Positions 28,740 through 41,329 of a stretch of 64,000 bases of DNA are shown here, piece after piece. The notes beneath the pieces were generated by a model. The model saw only the letters and a list, made by a program, of their open reading frames with translations. It made no database searches and was not told where the DNA came from. The stretch's first letter is position 1; each line of letters starts with the position of its first letter. The position numbers and the translations under genes are program-made. Source of the DNA: Octopus vulgaris (Eukaryota). The DNA lies in contig OX597842.1 in the NCBI GenBank assembly GCA_951406725.2, positions 14,508,001-14,572,000 of the forward strand. The letters run 5' to 3'.

Positions 28740-29120
28740 TACCTCACCCTTGAACTGAGCGTGACATGGATTAAAGTGAAGGAAGGTTGCACAATAGCAT
28801 CTGGCTCACTCTCTAGTCCCTTCCTCTGTGATTCCAGTGGAACAATGAAGCCAAGAAAACTACAGACAGGTTGCAGTTCCCCCTCCACAAAGTTTGCGAG
28901 TCCGTTGAGCCTGTCTAGTGGTTTCCTCAGCACACTCCACCGGTTCACATCCTTAGATAGACAAGCCCTAGTCCACCAATGGTTAAAGGCCGTGTGCTAC
29001 CCTTACCATGGTTTAGCCAGCCTGTGGAAGCCGTGAGCCTGGGTGTGGATACTGTTGCATGCAGATAGGATTGATGAACCACAGGTGAGAGGTGGGAGTC
29101 ACGGGAGGACCAAAGCGGAC
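28740..29120 (-). mobile_element. Possible RTE-type 5'UTR remnant
   Basis: GC-richer island (ccatggtttagccagcctgtggaagccg) that I recall as RTE/BovB-like 5'UTR; not verified. Confidence 0.3.
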
Positions 29121-29255
29121 GGAGTACTCCAAGGAGTACTACATATGGTTTAACGTTTCGAGCACCGATTTTTCTTCATAAACAGAAGAAAGTTTAATAG
29201 AAAGGAAGACAGAGGAATAGAATCGCTAACGATTCACATGTGGTTACGTTTTGAA

Positions 29256-29319
<64 letters not shown>

Positions 29320-29447
29320 GATTATCCTAAACTATGAATATTGCTATTGTTGTTCGTGGTGGTGTTGTTGCTGTTGTTGTTATTATTATTATCTATAATT
29401 ATTTCTATCTGTATGTCTCTCTCTCTCAATCTTTCTCTCTCTCTACT

Positions 29448-29484
<37 letters not shown>

Positions 29485-29504
29485 CGGGAGAGATAGTTAG
29501 GAAG

Positions 29505-30060
<556 letters not shown>

Positions 30061-30189
30061 GAAGAATAAAGACAAGTAGTGTGTATGTTCATGCATTTCT
30101 TGTGCGCCTGTATAAATAGCAGGCAATAAGAAAAGAAAATCCAAAAAAGAAGAACAACAAACACAAAAAAAGACAACACTGCGAGGACG

Positions 30190-31589
30190 TGGTTCCGGTG
30201 TCTGAGGTGTGTTGTTGGGCTGCTGATGGGTGGTTGGTGCCCGTTGGGGTGTTGATTCTGTGGGTGTTGTCACCGATGCAAAAGGTGTTGTACTCGTTGT
30301 CCTCGACAGCTTTGGTGTTGGGCGGATGTGGGCCCTTTTGCGTCTCAGCTGCCTACCAGATTCCGTTTCTATTATATACGGTCTTGGATCTTCAGCTCTA
30401 CTGACAACCTGTGCTGGGATCCATGTTTTAGTTATGGCATCTTGAGTATGCACATGTTGTCCTCCAAGTATCTCAGGTAAGTATTGTGCATGTTTGTTGT
30501 AATATTTCTGTGATTGTTCTTGAGTGGCTGCTAGCTTTGCCCTTGTCTCTTCCTGGTCAATAGGAGGTTGGATCTTGGTTGGCAGGGTAGTTTTGTACTT
30601 CCTGCCACTCTGCAATTCTGCTGGGGATTTCATGTCAGCTATGAGTGGGTCGCTCGTGGAGACAGAAGTGCCAGGTGTGGGTCTTCCTTAGTCTCTTGGC
30701 ATTTGACTAGTGTTCTCTTTACTGTCTGCACCTGTCTTTCTATAAACCCATGACCTTTGAGATAGTGTGGAGATGAGGTTGTAATATTGAACCCATACTC
30801 ATCGGCTAGCTTTTTGAATTCTTGCGATGTGAACTGGGTTCCATTGTCACATATGATCTGCTCTGGTATTCCTTGCTCTGCTAGAAGTCCCCGAGCCACT
30901 GTAGTGATTGTTTTGGCTCTCAGGTCTTTCACTTTTCTCACAAATGGAAATTTGGAGTAGTAGCATTCTTGGCTTTCCGTGAACAGATCTACTCCAATAG
31001 TTTGCCATGGCCTTCTTGGGATGTCACTTGATACCATTTCCTCCTTTTGTTGTGAGTTTCTGTACTTTTGACTGATGTGGCATGTAGAAACTGTCTTTTC
31101 TATGTCTTTGTACATGCCTACCCAATATACTGCTGACTTGGCTCGGAGCTTGCATTTCTCCATTCTTAGATGCCCTTGGTGAATCTTGTCAAGAATCGCT
31201 TTTTGCATTGACTTGGGTATAATTATTCGGGATCCAGCCATCAGGATTCCATTCTCCACTGATATAACTTCAAGGATGGCCCAATATTCACGAATGAGGG
31301 GCTGTACCTGACGTCTCTTTTCTGGCCACCCCTGAATCACCATCTGAGTAAGGAGCTAGTGTTCTTCATCTTTGCTGGTCTCCTCTTTCATTTCTGCTAG
31401 CTTTGTAGTTGTTACATTTACAATGTGGTGGACCTTTATGCTTAGTCATTCCATCTCCTGTTTATCATGTGAGGATAGTCTGGAAAGAGCATCCGCCAAT
31501 ATCAGGACGTTTCCTGGCTTTACCTGATATCGTAGTCGTATGTTTGAAGCCTTAACAGTAATCTTTGCAGTCTGGCTGGTGCTTTCGAG

Positions 31590-31590
<1 letters not shown>
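30190..31590 (-). mobile_element. Ty3/Gypsy pol fragment (RNase H end plus integrase)
   Basis: [19 protein letters not shown], zinc-binding IHQGHL...VYW...CH, PWQTIGVDLF, YYSKFP, DNGTQFTS, SSPHY...ERQVQTVK, C-terminal YIIETESGRQLRR; stops and frameshifts; no LTR found. Confidence 0.92.
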
Positions 31591-32230
<640 letters not shown>

Positions 32231-32917
32231 TAACGTTTAATGTTTTCCTTTTAGGTGTAACTCTGCTAACTAGCTGCCTCATTTAATTACACAACGCACA
32301 CTCTCACACACACATAAATACATTTGTACACCTGTATATATGCAACTATCAATCTACGTCCAATATTCCTGGTAGGGTCGTGTGTGTAGAGTCCAGAGTC
32401 ATCTCCTCCACATGTTCCAATCAGAAGGCACCGCCATTACACTTTCCGGCTGGATTACCTTGATTGGCAAACTAATATTCTCCAAACAACTCGTTGTTGG
32501 TCTACCCCTATAGAGCCTGTCGATTGGTTCGGGTTGAGGAATCTGTTTTGCACTTCATTTCTTCAACATCCTAATCCCATGACCATTGTACCGGAGGTAT
32601 ATACACCTTGTGGGGAAAACTAATGATTCGACTTAGGGAGATTTCCAGATATTCGAGCTACGTTCAGTGTCACGCAAGTGTATATATATATATATATATA
32701 TCTGTGTATGTGTATTATGCCATGGAACACATTGACGTATGTATATTACAACATATTATAATACAGTACGATTATAATATATATATTATATAAATATATA
32801 TACATAAGTGTATGTGTTATAAATATGTATGTGTGTATGTGTGCTTATTTTTCTGCAGATGAAACATGTAGTATAAAAACATACATACCTACCTACATAC
32901 ATACATACATACATACA

Positions 32918-32962
<45 letters not shown>

Positions 32963-34089
32963 ATAATATACATGTATATATATATATACGTATATATATA
33001 CATACTGTCGCAATGATTATGATATATAATCCTTTTGAATTCACGCCTCAACTCCTACTGCAACACTCGTTGTTGAATAGAATATATGCTTGGGTATTTC
33101 GATAAGTTTGAGACGTAATTCATTGCACAATTGTGAATATCTTTTGTATCTTATCAATATGGTAACCATCCCACATATAGACACTTATAAACATACACAC
33201 ATTCGCAAATATGTGCGTGTGCGTGTGTGTTCGTACATCCATATGCGTAGGCATTATATAATTGTATAAAATCATACACTATATAAACCTTTGTAAACTT
33301 TATTGCATTTGAGAGCAAATCAAATTAGTGACTTTTCTGCTTAACATCCTGGTTACACCCAAGAAATATCCGCTTCACACTTACTCGCACACAAACACAC
33401 ACTCATACACATAGACGTGTGTGTGTGTGGGTGCGTATGTGTATGAATATCTCTGTGTGTATATACGAATGTGACCACTTTGTCACTATGCAGTTGCGCC
33501 CTATTCCGGTATTTGTAGAGATTTCAATGCCAAAGTTTGGTACAAATCCTTCTATGGTCATCCATCCCTATTCTGCCGGACATCTTTTCCGGTGTGTATG
33601 AATGTGTGTGTATATAAAAGTAAACACATATATATTTATATTATTATATTTATGAGTATATGAATGAATTTTTATTTGTGTTTTCCCCATCTTTTCATCT
33701 CAGAACTGTCGTAAACGAGCCTCACCATCACACAAGAGATGAGATTAATCGTTAACTGCCTGTTTAAAAATATGTCCATCTTTGACAATGTTGTATCTTT
33801 CTCGGAAAGAGGCGATGGCTAGCGAGAGGAAAGGGATTCGTGTGTAGAATATCTGAACAATGAACACCGTTTGACCCAAGCATTATGAACTGAGGGACGT
33901 TACAATCATGACGACGACGACGATGATGATGATGATGATGATGATGCTGGTGATCAACATCATCATCATAGCATTTTGTTCTCACATTTGTTTGAGTCAG
34001 TGACGTTGAAGTTTATTGCCGCAGCAATGTGAATTGTTTTACTCTATGAAACTGAATTCCGTATTTGTTTGAAGCAGTCTAACCAACTT

Positions 34090-34600
34090 AAAACCATAAT
34101 TTTATGCTAAATTTCAGTACAAGTGTGGGATACTGCCAACTGTAAAGAATGACATAACCTTCTAAGTAGAAGTAATGATGGAACTTCTTTTAATTTCTGG
34201 AAAACACCATTGTTGATTCCTACCATTACTCTAGCCTTGTTGGTTCCTATAGCCAGTAAAAGTTTTATATCTAATTTCGTTTTCACTAATAAAATTTTTA
34301 AAACATCTTCAATGCCATCTACACCACGTATTTCTAAAGATAATATTCTGAAATATGTATGTACCACCGGTGGAGGCGGAGGAGCTGGAAAAGTTCATAA
34401 CCTAATAAAGATCCTTATGAAACATTTCCATTTGAAGCTTCAAGAAAGTGAAAAGAAAATTCAATAATAGCCGTTTTTACTAAAATTTGGCTATAAGATA
34501 AATTAACGAAAGTAGAAAACGAAGAAAAAGATGAAAAAAGGGTAACTATTGAGATAATGTCATGATCAGAGAAAAATTCTAATTAAAATTTAAAATCTAC
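34090..34600 (-). mobile_element. hAT transposase remnant (paralog of 17290-17887, TIR lost)
   Basis: ORF 34107-34367 ...AIGTNKARVMVGINNGVFQKLKEVPSLLLLRRLCHSLQLAVS. Confidence 0.8.
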
Positions 34601-34609
34601 TATTCTTTC

Positions 34610-34830
34610 CGTTTCGATTCCCAGACCGGGCGTTGTGTGTGTTTATTGAGCGAAAACACGTAAAAGCTCCACGTGGCTCCGGCAGGGGGTGGTGATCCCT
34701 GCTGTACTCTTTCACCACTCTTTCTTCTGCTGGCCTGCTCGCTTAGCCAGCGGGGTGGCGTCACTCGAAGGCTAAAACAATGCGATATGTAACAACATCT
34801 GATGGTCTGGTCGGTCACGTGATCACGTGA
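34610..34830 (+). mobile_element. SINE family C
   Basis: Starts in B-box-like gtttcgattccc and ends tcacgtgatcacgtga. Confidence 0.7.
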
Positions 34831-34857
34831 TATATATATACATATATATATATATAA

Positions 34858-35457
34858 ATTTAACAATTAAGGATAAAATCTCAATAAGAAATCTTAGCAA
34901 GAAATTATCAGGTAGTTAGCGTGAATAACCTCATAAGAGAAAAAAACCTGAAAATTTTATCACTTGAAAATATTTATTTACATTATATAGAGGGCATTAT
35001 TACACATAAATGCACACGCTAGGAGGGGCTTTCAAAGTCATTGCTACCAAAACTAAACGGATCGTACCGAATGCAGCTCTCGAAGCAAGACATTTAAAAA
35101 CAGAATTTAGTTCCAGGTCACCTGTGATTTCGCAATTAACGTATTATCTACGTCTTTTGTTCATCAGTGAAACATATTCAAAATATATCAAAAATAAACA
35201 GAACCGACATACCAGGCGGAACATACCAGACAACCGTCGAGTCCATCGTAGCACATGGAAATGTTCATTCATCATATGTTTATGTAAATGGCGGGCTTTT
35301 TCGAACTGCATTTCGGGAAGATACGTGTTTCATCGGAACACATTTAACAATTAAGGATAAAATCTTAATAAGAAATCTTAACAAGAAATTATCAGGTAGT
35401 TAGCGTGAAAAACCTCATCAGAGAAAAAATTTGAAATTTTTTTCACTTGAAAATATT
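34858..35457 (-). mobile_element. Direct-repeat-bounded small element with hammerhead motif (retrozyme/pLTR-like)
   Basis: ~117-bp direct repeats at 34858-34974 and 35342-35457 (period 484 bp), flanked by (TA)n. Confidence 0.6.
35110..35173 (-). ncRNA. Type I hammerhead ribozyme-like motif with two core substitutions
   Basis: GTTTCA-CTGATGA-[acaaaagacgta gataa tacgttaattgc]-GAAA-TCAC AG GTGA-C-C-TGGAAC: stems I, II and III pair; G10.1>A and U16.1>C. Confidence 0.6.
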
Positions 35458-35478
35458 ATATATATATATATAATATAT

Positions 35479-35523
<45 letters not shown>

Positions 35524-35615
35524 AAGAGTAAATAATTATTTACTTGTAGAGTTCGGTACGTAAATATAGCCGATTAACGGTAGGTACTTCTGTAAAGTTC
35601 AGTATATATATTGTC

Positions 35616-35876
35616 TATAAATAAGAGGCGCAGGCAACAGGTTGCTTGGCCGCATACCGAAGAAATTAGAAATAGCAGTCAAGACTGTTTATTTCTATTA
35701 TCTACATGTGGGGCTCCACACACGACATACCCTGTAATTCACATATGCAAAACAGAAGGAATATATAAGTGTGTGGAGCCCCACTTGTAGATAATAGAAA
35801 TAAACAGTCTTCACTGCTATTTCTAATTTTTTCGGTACGTGGCCAAGCACCCTGTTGCCTGCGCCTCTTATTTATA
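35616..35876. mobile_element. Hairpin/MITE with ~105-bp arms
   Basis: 35616-35723 is the near-perfect reverse complement of 35769-35876; TA-rich flanks. Confidence 0.8.
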
Positions 35877-35887
35877 TATATACACAC

Positions 35888-36006
<119 letters not shown>

Positions 36007-36099
36007 CTTATATATATATATATATATATACATATGTGTGTGTGTGTGCGTATTTGTATATTAATTAAAGGGAAACGGAGAATATAAATCGAAGGCGGG

Positions 36100-36565
36100 A
36101 AGAATATCTCAAGTCATTTACAATATTTAATTTGAAGTTCTCCAGTCGTTTCTAGGATATCCCAAGTGATAGGCTAGCATGTGCGTACACTGAGTATTCC
36201 AACATCAGAGACTATACGACTAATTGTGAAAGATCTAGACAGGGAATTTCACAAGTTAAAAGACATGAAATGCGAAATAGAAGAATATCAGTAGATAGAA
36301 GAATACAGAGAGGAGTTTAATGTTCACAGCACATCCTTTTCCAGAGGGTAGGGACGTAAGTTCGCACTTCGATGAAGTACTTGAGATACCCTCGCTGCCT
36401 TGATTTGTGTTGTCCTTTTTCTTTTAATTAATATAGACCAGCTAACTCAGACGCCTAACACGGATCCCTAGCTCCAGCCTCAGATGTGAAATTGGAACGT
36501 AACGGATAATCGAATATAGCACTTTGTCAGCGTATCTATTCGTTTAGATCACCAAGGAATTACAG
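36100..36565. repeat. Dispersed repeat family H, copy 4 (paralog of copy 3)
   Basis: Near-identical to 18330-18800. Confidence 0.65.
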
Positions 36566-36879
36566 ACATATATACATATATATTAATATTATATCTATGT
36601 ATATACATGTGTATATAATTATACCCACGCACATGTGTGAAGCTTGCTACCCAAACACATAGTTTTGGGTTCAGTCCCACTGCGTCGCAACATGGACGAG
36701 AATCTCCCGCTATAGCCTCCGGCCGACCTGGTCCTTTTGAGTGAATTCGATAGCCGGAAACTGTGAAAGAAACACCTCATCTCTGTATATGTGCGGATAA
36801 GCGTGTATTTATGTTTGTATGTTTGCGTGTTTTAGAGTGTTTAACAAGAGCTGTATGTAGACAATATATACATATATAT

Positions 36880-36933
<54 letters not shown>

Positions 36934-37884
36934 TAGTAATACATGTATATATCTATGTAAACACACAAACATACTCACGCACACATACACACATATGTAT
37001 GTATGTATAATATTGCTTACTACTACATTGCAGTATTGCGTCACCCATTGTACATTAACATTTCAATACATTGGACTAAACAAAACACACCAAACATTGT
37101 TAAGATATGTTCTAAATGTTAAGTCAAATGGAAAAAACAACATCCCTTCCTTTCTCAAAATATTATATACTACTCTCTTTCTTTCGCTTTCTCTAGCTTT
37201 CTCTCTAAAAGATAAGCATTATTTTGCTTTTGTGATTTGGTGCCTCAACAAATCACACACACACACAAAGATTCATCATACATACATACATATATAGTGA
37301 GTACCCACAAGATAGTAGAAGCTATAGCCGCTAATAAGAAGGAGTACTTTTGAAATTTTCCAGTGAAACCCTCAATAAAATGTGACCATAATCGACGTGA
37401 CAGAGAAGATTTGACTCAGGGAAGACAATCTGTGTACAGCTGTGGAAATGAGCTGACCAGCGGATGTTAACATGAATCTAAAGATCATAAAAAGAATTCT
37501 TGAACTCTTGAGAAATCTACAGTTACACGTCCTATATTATCAGTTAACGTATAGACTTGAACTTGTAATCTGTAATTAGTGGGGCACTGGGATATGCAAC
37601 ACACTGTCTAATCCCGAGAAATTAGGCTTCCCAAAACTAGAAGGGAAAAAGCTGTTTCGAAATCTACAGATCCAGGCCACCACTGAGAATACATACACTA
37701 ACCCAAATATACAAATCTGCACGTGTACTAATTTCAAATACGGCTAATATTCTCGTACATACATGCAAATGTACCCTGTGATGTTGAAATTCCAATGAAG
37801 GTACATTGGATCTAGGTTAGAATCCGGCTCACCCTCTACATACAAAACTGGATAATCACATACATACAGTCATACATCCATACA

Positions 37885-38440
37885 TGGTGGTTGTCTCCTC
37901 GTTATCGAGTATGGCCATTGCACGAAGCATAATCAATGTTGTTATCGTGCAATGACTGTGCAAGAAGATTTTGTTTTAAGTGAGCAAAGGCTGTGCACTG
38001 AGTGAATCCCACTCACTAAGCAACAGCAGCCATAATCCGAAAAGAAGAACAAGTCAACATCATTGGTAACCACTGAGCCGCAGGTTTTATGTCGGAGTTA
38101 TCCCAGTTACCTGAGTTACCTTCTCCTAGAAGGATGCCCTAACAAAGGCTAGGAGTCCTTCACTCCCAATGGTTTAACCGCGAAATCGGGTATTCAGTTC
38201 GATTATTTCTATGTCCCCGCGCATGATACAACCTTAAGACAGTCATTGGATGGCCGTTGACTCTCAATAGTTCCTCCGCCCTTTGACGGGTTTTGTTTTT
38301 CATCCCGCAGGGTGTCCAATAAACGCCCTCCTCACCAAGCAAGCTTGGTGGGGTTGCCGGTTTAGTCGCCGACGTCCCGACCATGCAACAGGTTGTACTG
38401 GGTTACATGTTACCAGCAGCACTCGAAAGTGACCTGACAT
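37885..38440 (-). mobile_element. Short RTE-related non-autonomous element
   Basis: Minus ctagcctttgttagggcatccttctaggagaaggtaac resembles RTE 5'UTR motifs; homologous to 46290-46375; ends in (ATGT)n. Confidence 0.45.
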
Positions 38441-38464
38441 AACATACATACATACAGACAGACA

Positions 38465-39620
38465 GAACTTCAAAACTGAACACATGTCCAACAACCCCTT
38501 TCATAAAATTAAGCAAAACAAAACCACTTGCCAACAGAACGGAACATCCACCAAGAAATCTAAATATATTCTCTATTAGAGAAAGACATTTTAAACGCAC
38601 CCCACACTAGCTAAATCAGCCCCAAAACACCTACAGGGACCTACCACACCATTTCAAGAACCATAGTGATGCAACACACAATTCATTGAACTACAATCTA
38701 CGTAACCCAACTAAGACTCAACTACCGAACCTCTACTCTAGGAACCAACTATACAACCTTAACAAACAACAAACACACTACAGAATAAACAACTACCAAC
38801 ACTATATACCTGATACACTAAGACGGAACACGCGGTTCAAAAATACGCTACAAAACAGAGCACCACAAACCCACTCTAAAAATTACAACAACAGGAGACA
38901 GATAAAGAGTGTTTTTCAACATAACCACACCAACCATTTTTTAGACTTATATACAGGAACAGGGATACACGATGGCAACGGACAAACAAAAGAAACCACA
39001 GGTAATTAAAATAATCAATCTCTCAAACAAAGACCTTACACCTAACGAAATAAACATACTATCCAAAGGACTTAAAGTTACCCCCAACCCCACAACGTCC
39101 AAATTACTATGAAACGAAAGACGATATTTCGGAATTTTGTAGGAAATTAAGACTTGCCGAGGAATATCATGGCAAACAAATGGATGACGAATCATTAGCT
39201 AGAAACAACAGCGACTACACCCCTACCAAGGGAAAGAATAAAGCCTTAGACCGCTTTTGTGACTACATAACCAATTTCCCTTTTCAACTCACCAATAAGC
39301 AAAAATACAGACCAAACTTAAACAAAAGAGAATAGAACGACCTCATCAAACTAAGAGAAGGTAAAACCATAACAATCAAGGTGGCCGATGGGGGCAACGT
39401 GGTAGTATTAATGAACAGAAATGATTATAAAATTTAGTACTATCCCTATTAGGATATGAGACATACTAGCAAGGGGTCCAACATTATAATCAACCAAAAA
39501 CAATGAATAACCTCAGGACATTAGTCAACTCATACCGAGAAGGTCTCACAGACATGGAGTACGATTACATCACCAACTTCAAGTGCAAATCAAGTTTATT
39601 ATCCGGTATCCCTAAACTTC
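38465..39620 (+). mobile_element. Penelope-like element, N-terminus and start of RT
   Basis: IINLSNKDLTPNEINILSKGLKVTP (39011), EFCRKLRL, IKVADGGNVVVLMN (IKPADKG motif, 39375), SGIPKLH (YGLPKIH motif). Confidence 0.85.
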
Positions 39621-41210
39621 ATCTCTTACGCTACATCTTAGAAAGGGTGGATAAATTATCCGGTAAAGGTGGGGCATTGGTCCATTTAGACCAAAGTAAA
39701 ACTTTCGATAAGGTAGACCACTAGTACCTGGCGTCAGTCCTTGAGGCGACTAGGCTAGGCTCGGACTTCCGCGGTTGGATCAAGGCCATTTATGGTGGCA
39801 TCAAATCCACAGTTACCTGTCGGAACGATTTGAGATTCAGCGCTCGGTTCAGCAAGGGTTCCTCCTGGCTCCGCTTCTGTATCTATTGACTCTTGAGCCA
39901 TTGATGCGAGGGTTGGAGAATTTGGGGGACATCCCCAATGAAATAGGATGTGGTAAGTCTGATTCTGCATATGCGGATGACGTCACCATCACCGTGTCCA
40001 ATGTAGCTCAGCTACCTTGTGAACAGGATGCAATCAAAGGATACAAGGCGGTGGCAGGGGCAAAAGATAACAAGGACAAGTACATCGGTTTGCGAGACGG
40101 CACGTGGAGTGGCAAGCCGATACCGTCCAGTGTCGTGGGGCACTGAACAGATGGTCCTGTTAAGTTGCTTGGAGTTTGGTTTGGTCCAGACTCCCAAACG
40201 GAGAAGAATTGGAGTGAGGTGGCAGGCAGGGTGGAGGCCCTAGTCCGGACCTGGTCTGGAAGTGCGCTGTCTCTGAAAGAGAGGGCTGAGGTGTTACATT
40301 TGTTTATTGCATCTGTTATCACCTACCGTCTGACCGTTGTCCCTTGTCTCGATTCGTGGCTATGCAAGTTGGTGCGACTTCTCTTCCGCTTCTTGTGGAA
40401 GGGAAAACCGCTTGTGAGACGATCCGTAGAACCGCTAAAGTGTAGGTTAGGGCTGCCGTGGCTATTGATATGCAGACATACACTGAGCCTAAGGCCGCTC
40501 TGGCTCTACCTGGATGGTGGCCAGGTGTGGAATTCGCTTGCAGGGGAATTCTTTCCACGACCGGCCGCCTTGGAGGAATCTACACCCGTTTTGATAAAAA
40601 GACAGGATACAACTGAATGGTAAAAGGAGTGCCGATAGGCACTAGCGCTAATCCACAGTGCGGGCAAGGCCGGCAGCGGAAATACCACCACTGTATTTTA
40701 TAAAGGGATGGTAGAGTATAAGAGCTATGGCGTCCTAGAAGGGGCTCTGGGGTTCAATGAGAACCAGCTAGTCAAACTGTTTCAAAACACCTTCAGATCG
40801 GGGTATTTGGATAATTACCAAAGATCCCTGACCTGGTAGTGTCACAGGGATGAGTTACCTGTCCGCGATAAATTGTCCAAGCACGGAATATCAGTGCCAC
40901 TGGCTTACCCAAGGTGCGGGTAAGGCAGGGAAACTGTCATGTACGCTCTTGTACAGTGTCTGCAGCTTTTGGGCTTAATAATTTACATAGAACACGTGTT
41001 GTCATACCTGGAAAGAATACAGCTATCAGCTGAGTCTGTGATAAAGATTGTACCGCCAACCGGACTATAAAAGGAAAGTGAGGCATGTTTTCTGCGTACG
41101 ATTGCAGTAATGAAAGAGTATGCATGGAAAACAAGAATGCAAGGAATAGAGACAGGGTCCTTCATATCCTGAAGAGCAAGACAGGGCAGGAGAAGAGACA
41201 AATGTCGTGA
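39615..41210 (+). mobile_element. L1/Tx1-clade LINE, 5'-truncated ORF2 (RT and C-terminus)
   Basis: LDQSKTFDKVDH, RSVQQGFLLAPLLY, AYADDVT (39967), LGVWFG, RFLWKGK, degenerate zinc knuckle YPRCG*GRETVMYALVQC (~40906). Confidence 0.9.
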
Positions 41211-41329
41211 AGCATATATGAGAAAATTGTATTTAAATTGTATATGGGATTCATTCAGGTTTTAATGATAAACTCACTTAGCTCATCTATATATTTGTAA
41301 CGTCATGTGAAAGATATTATCATAATAAA

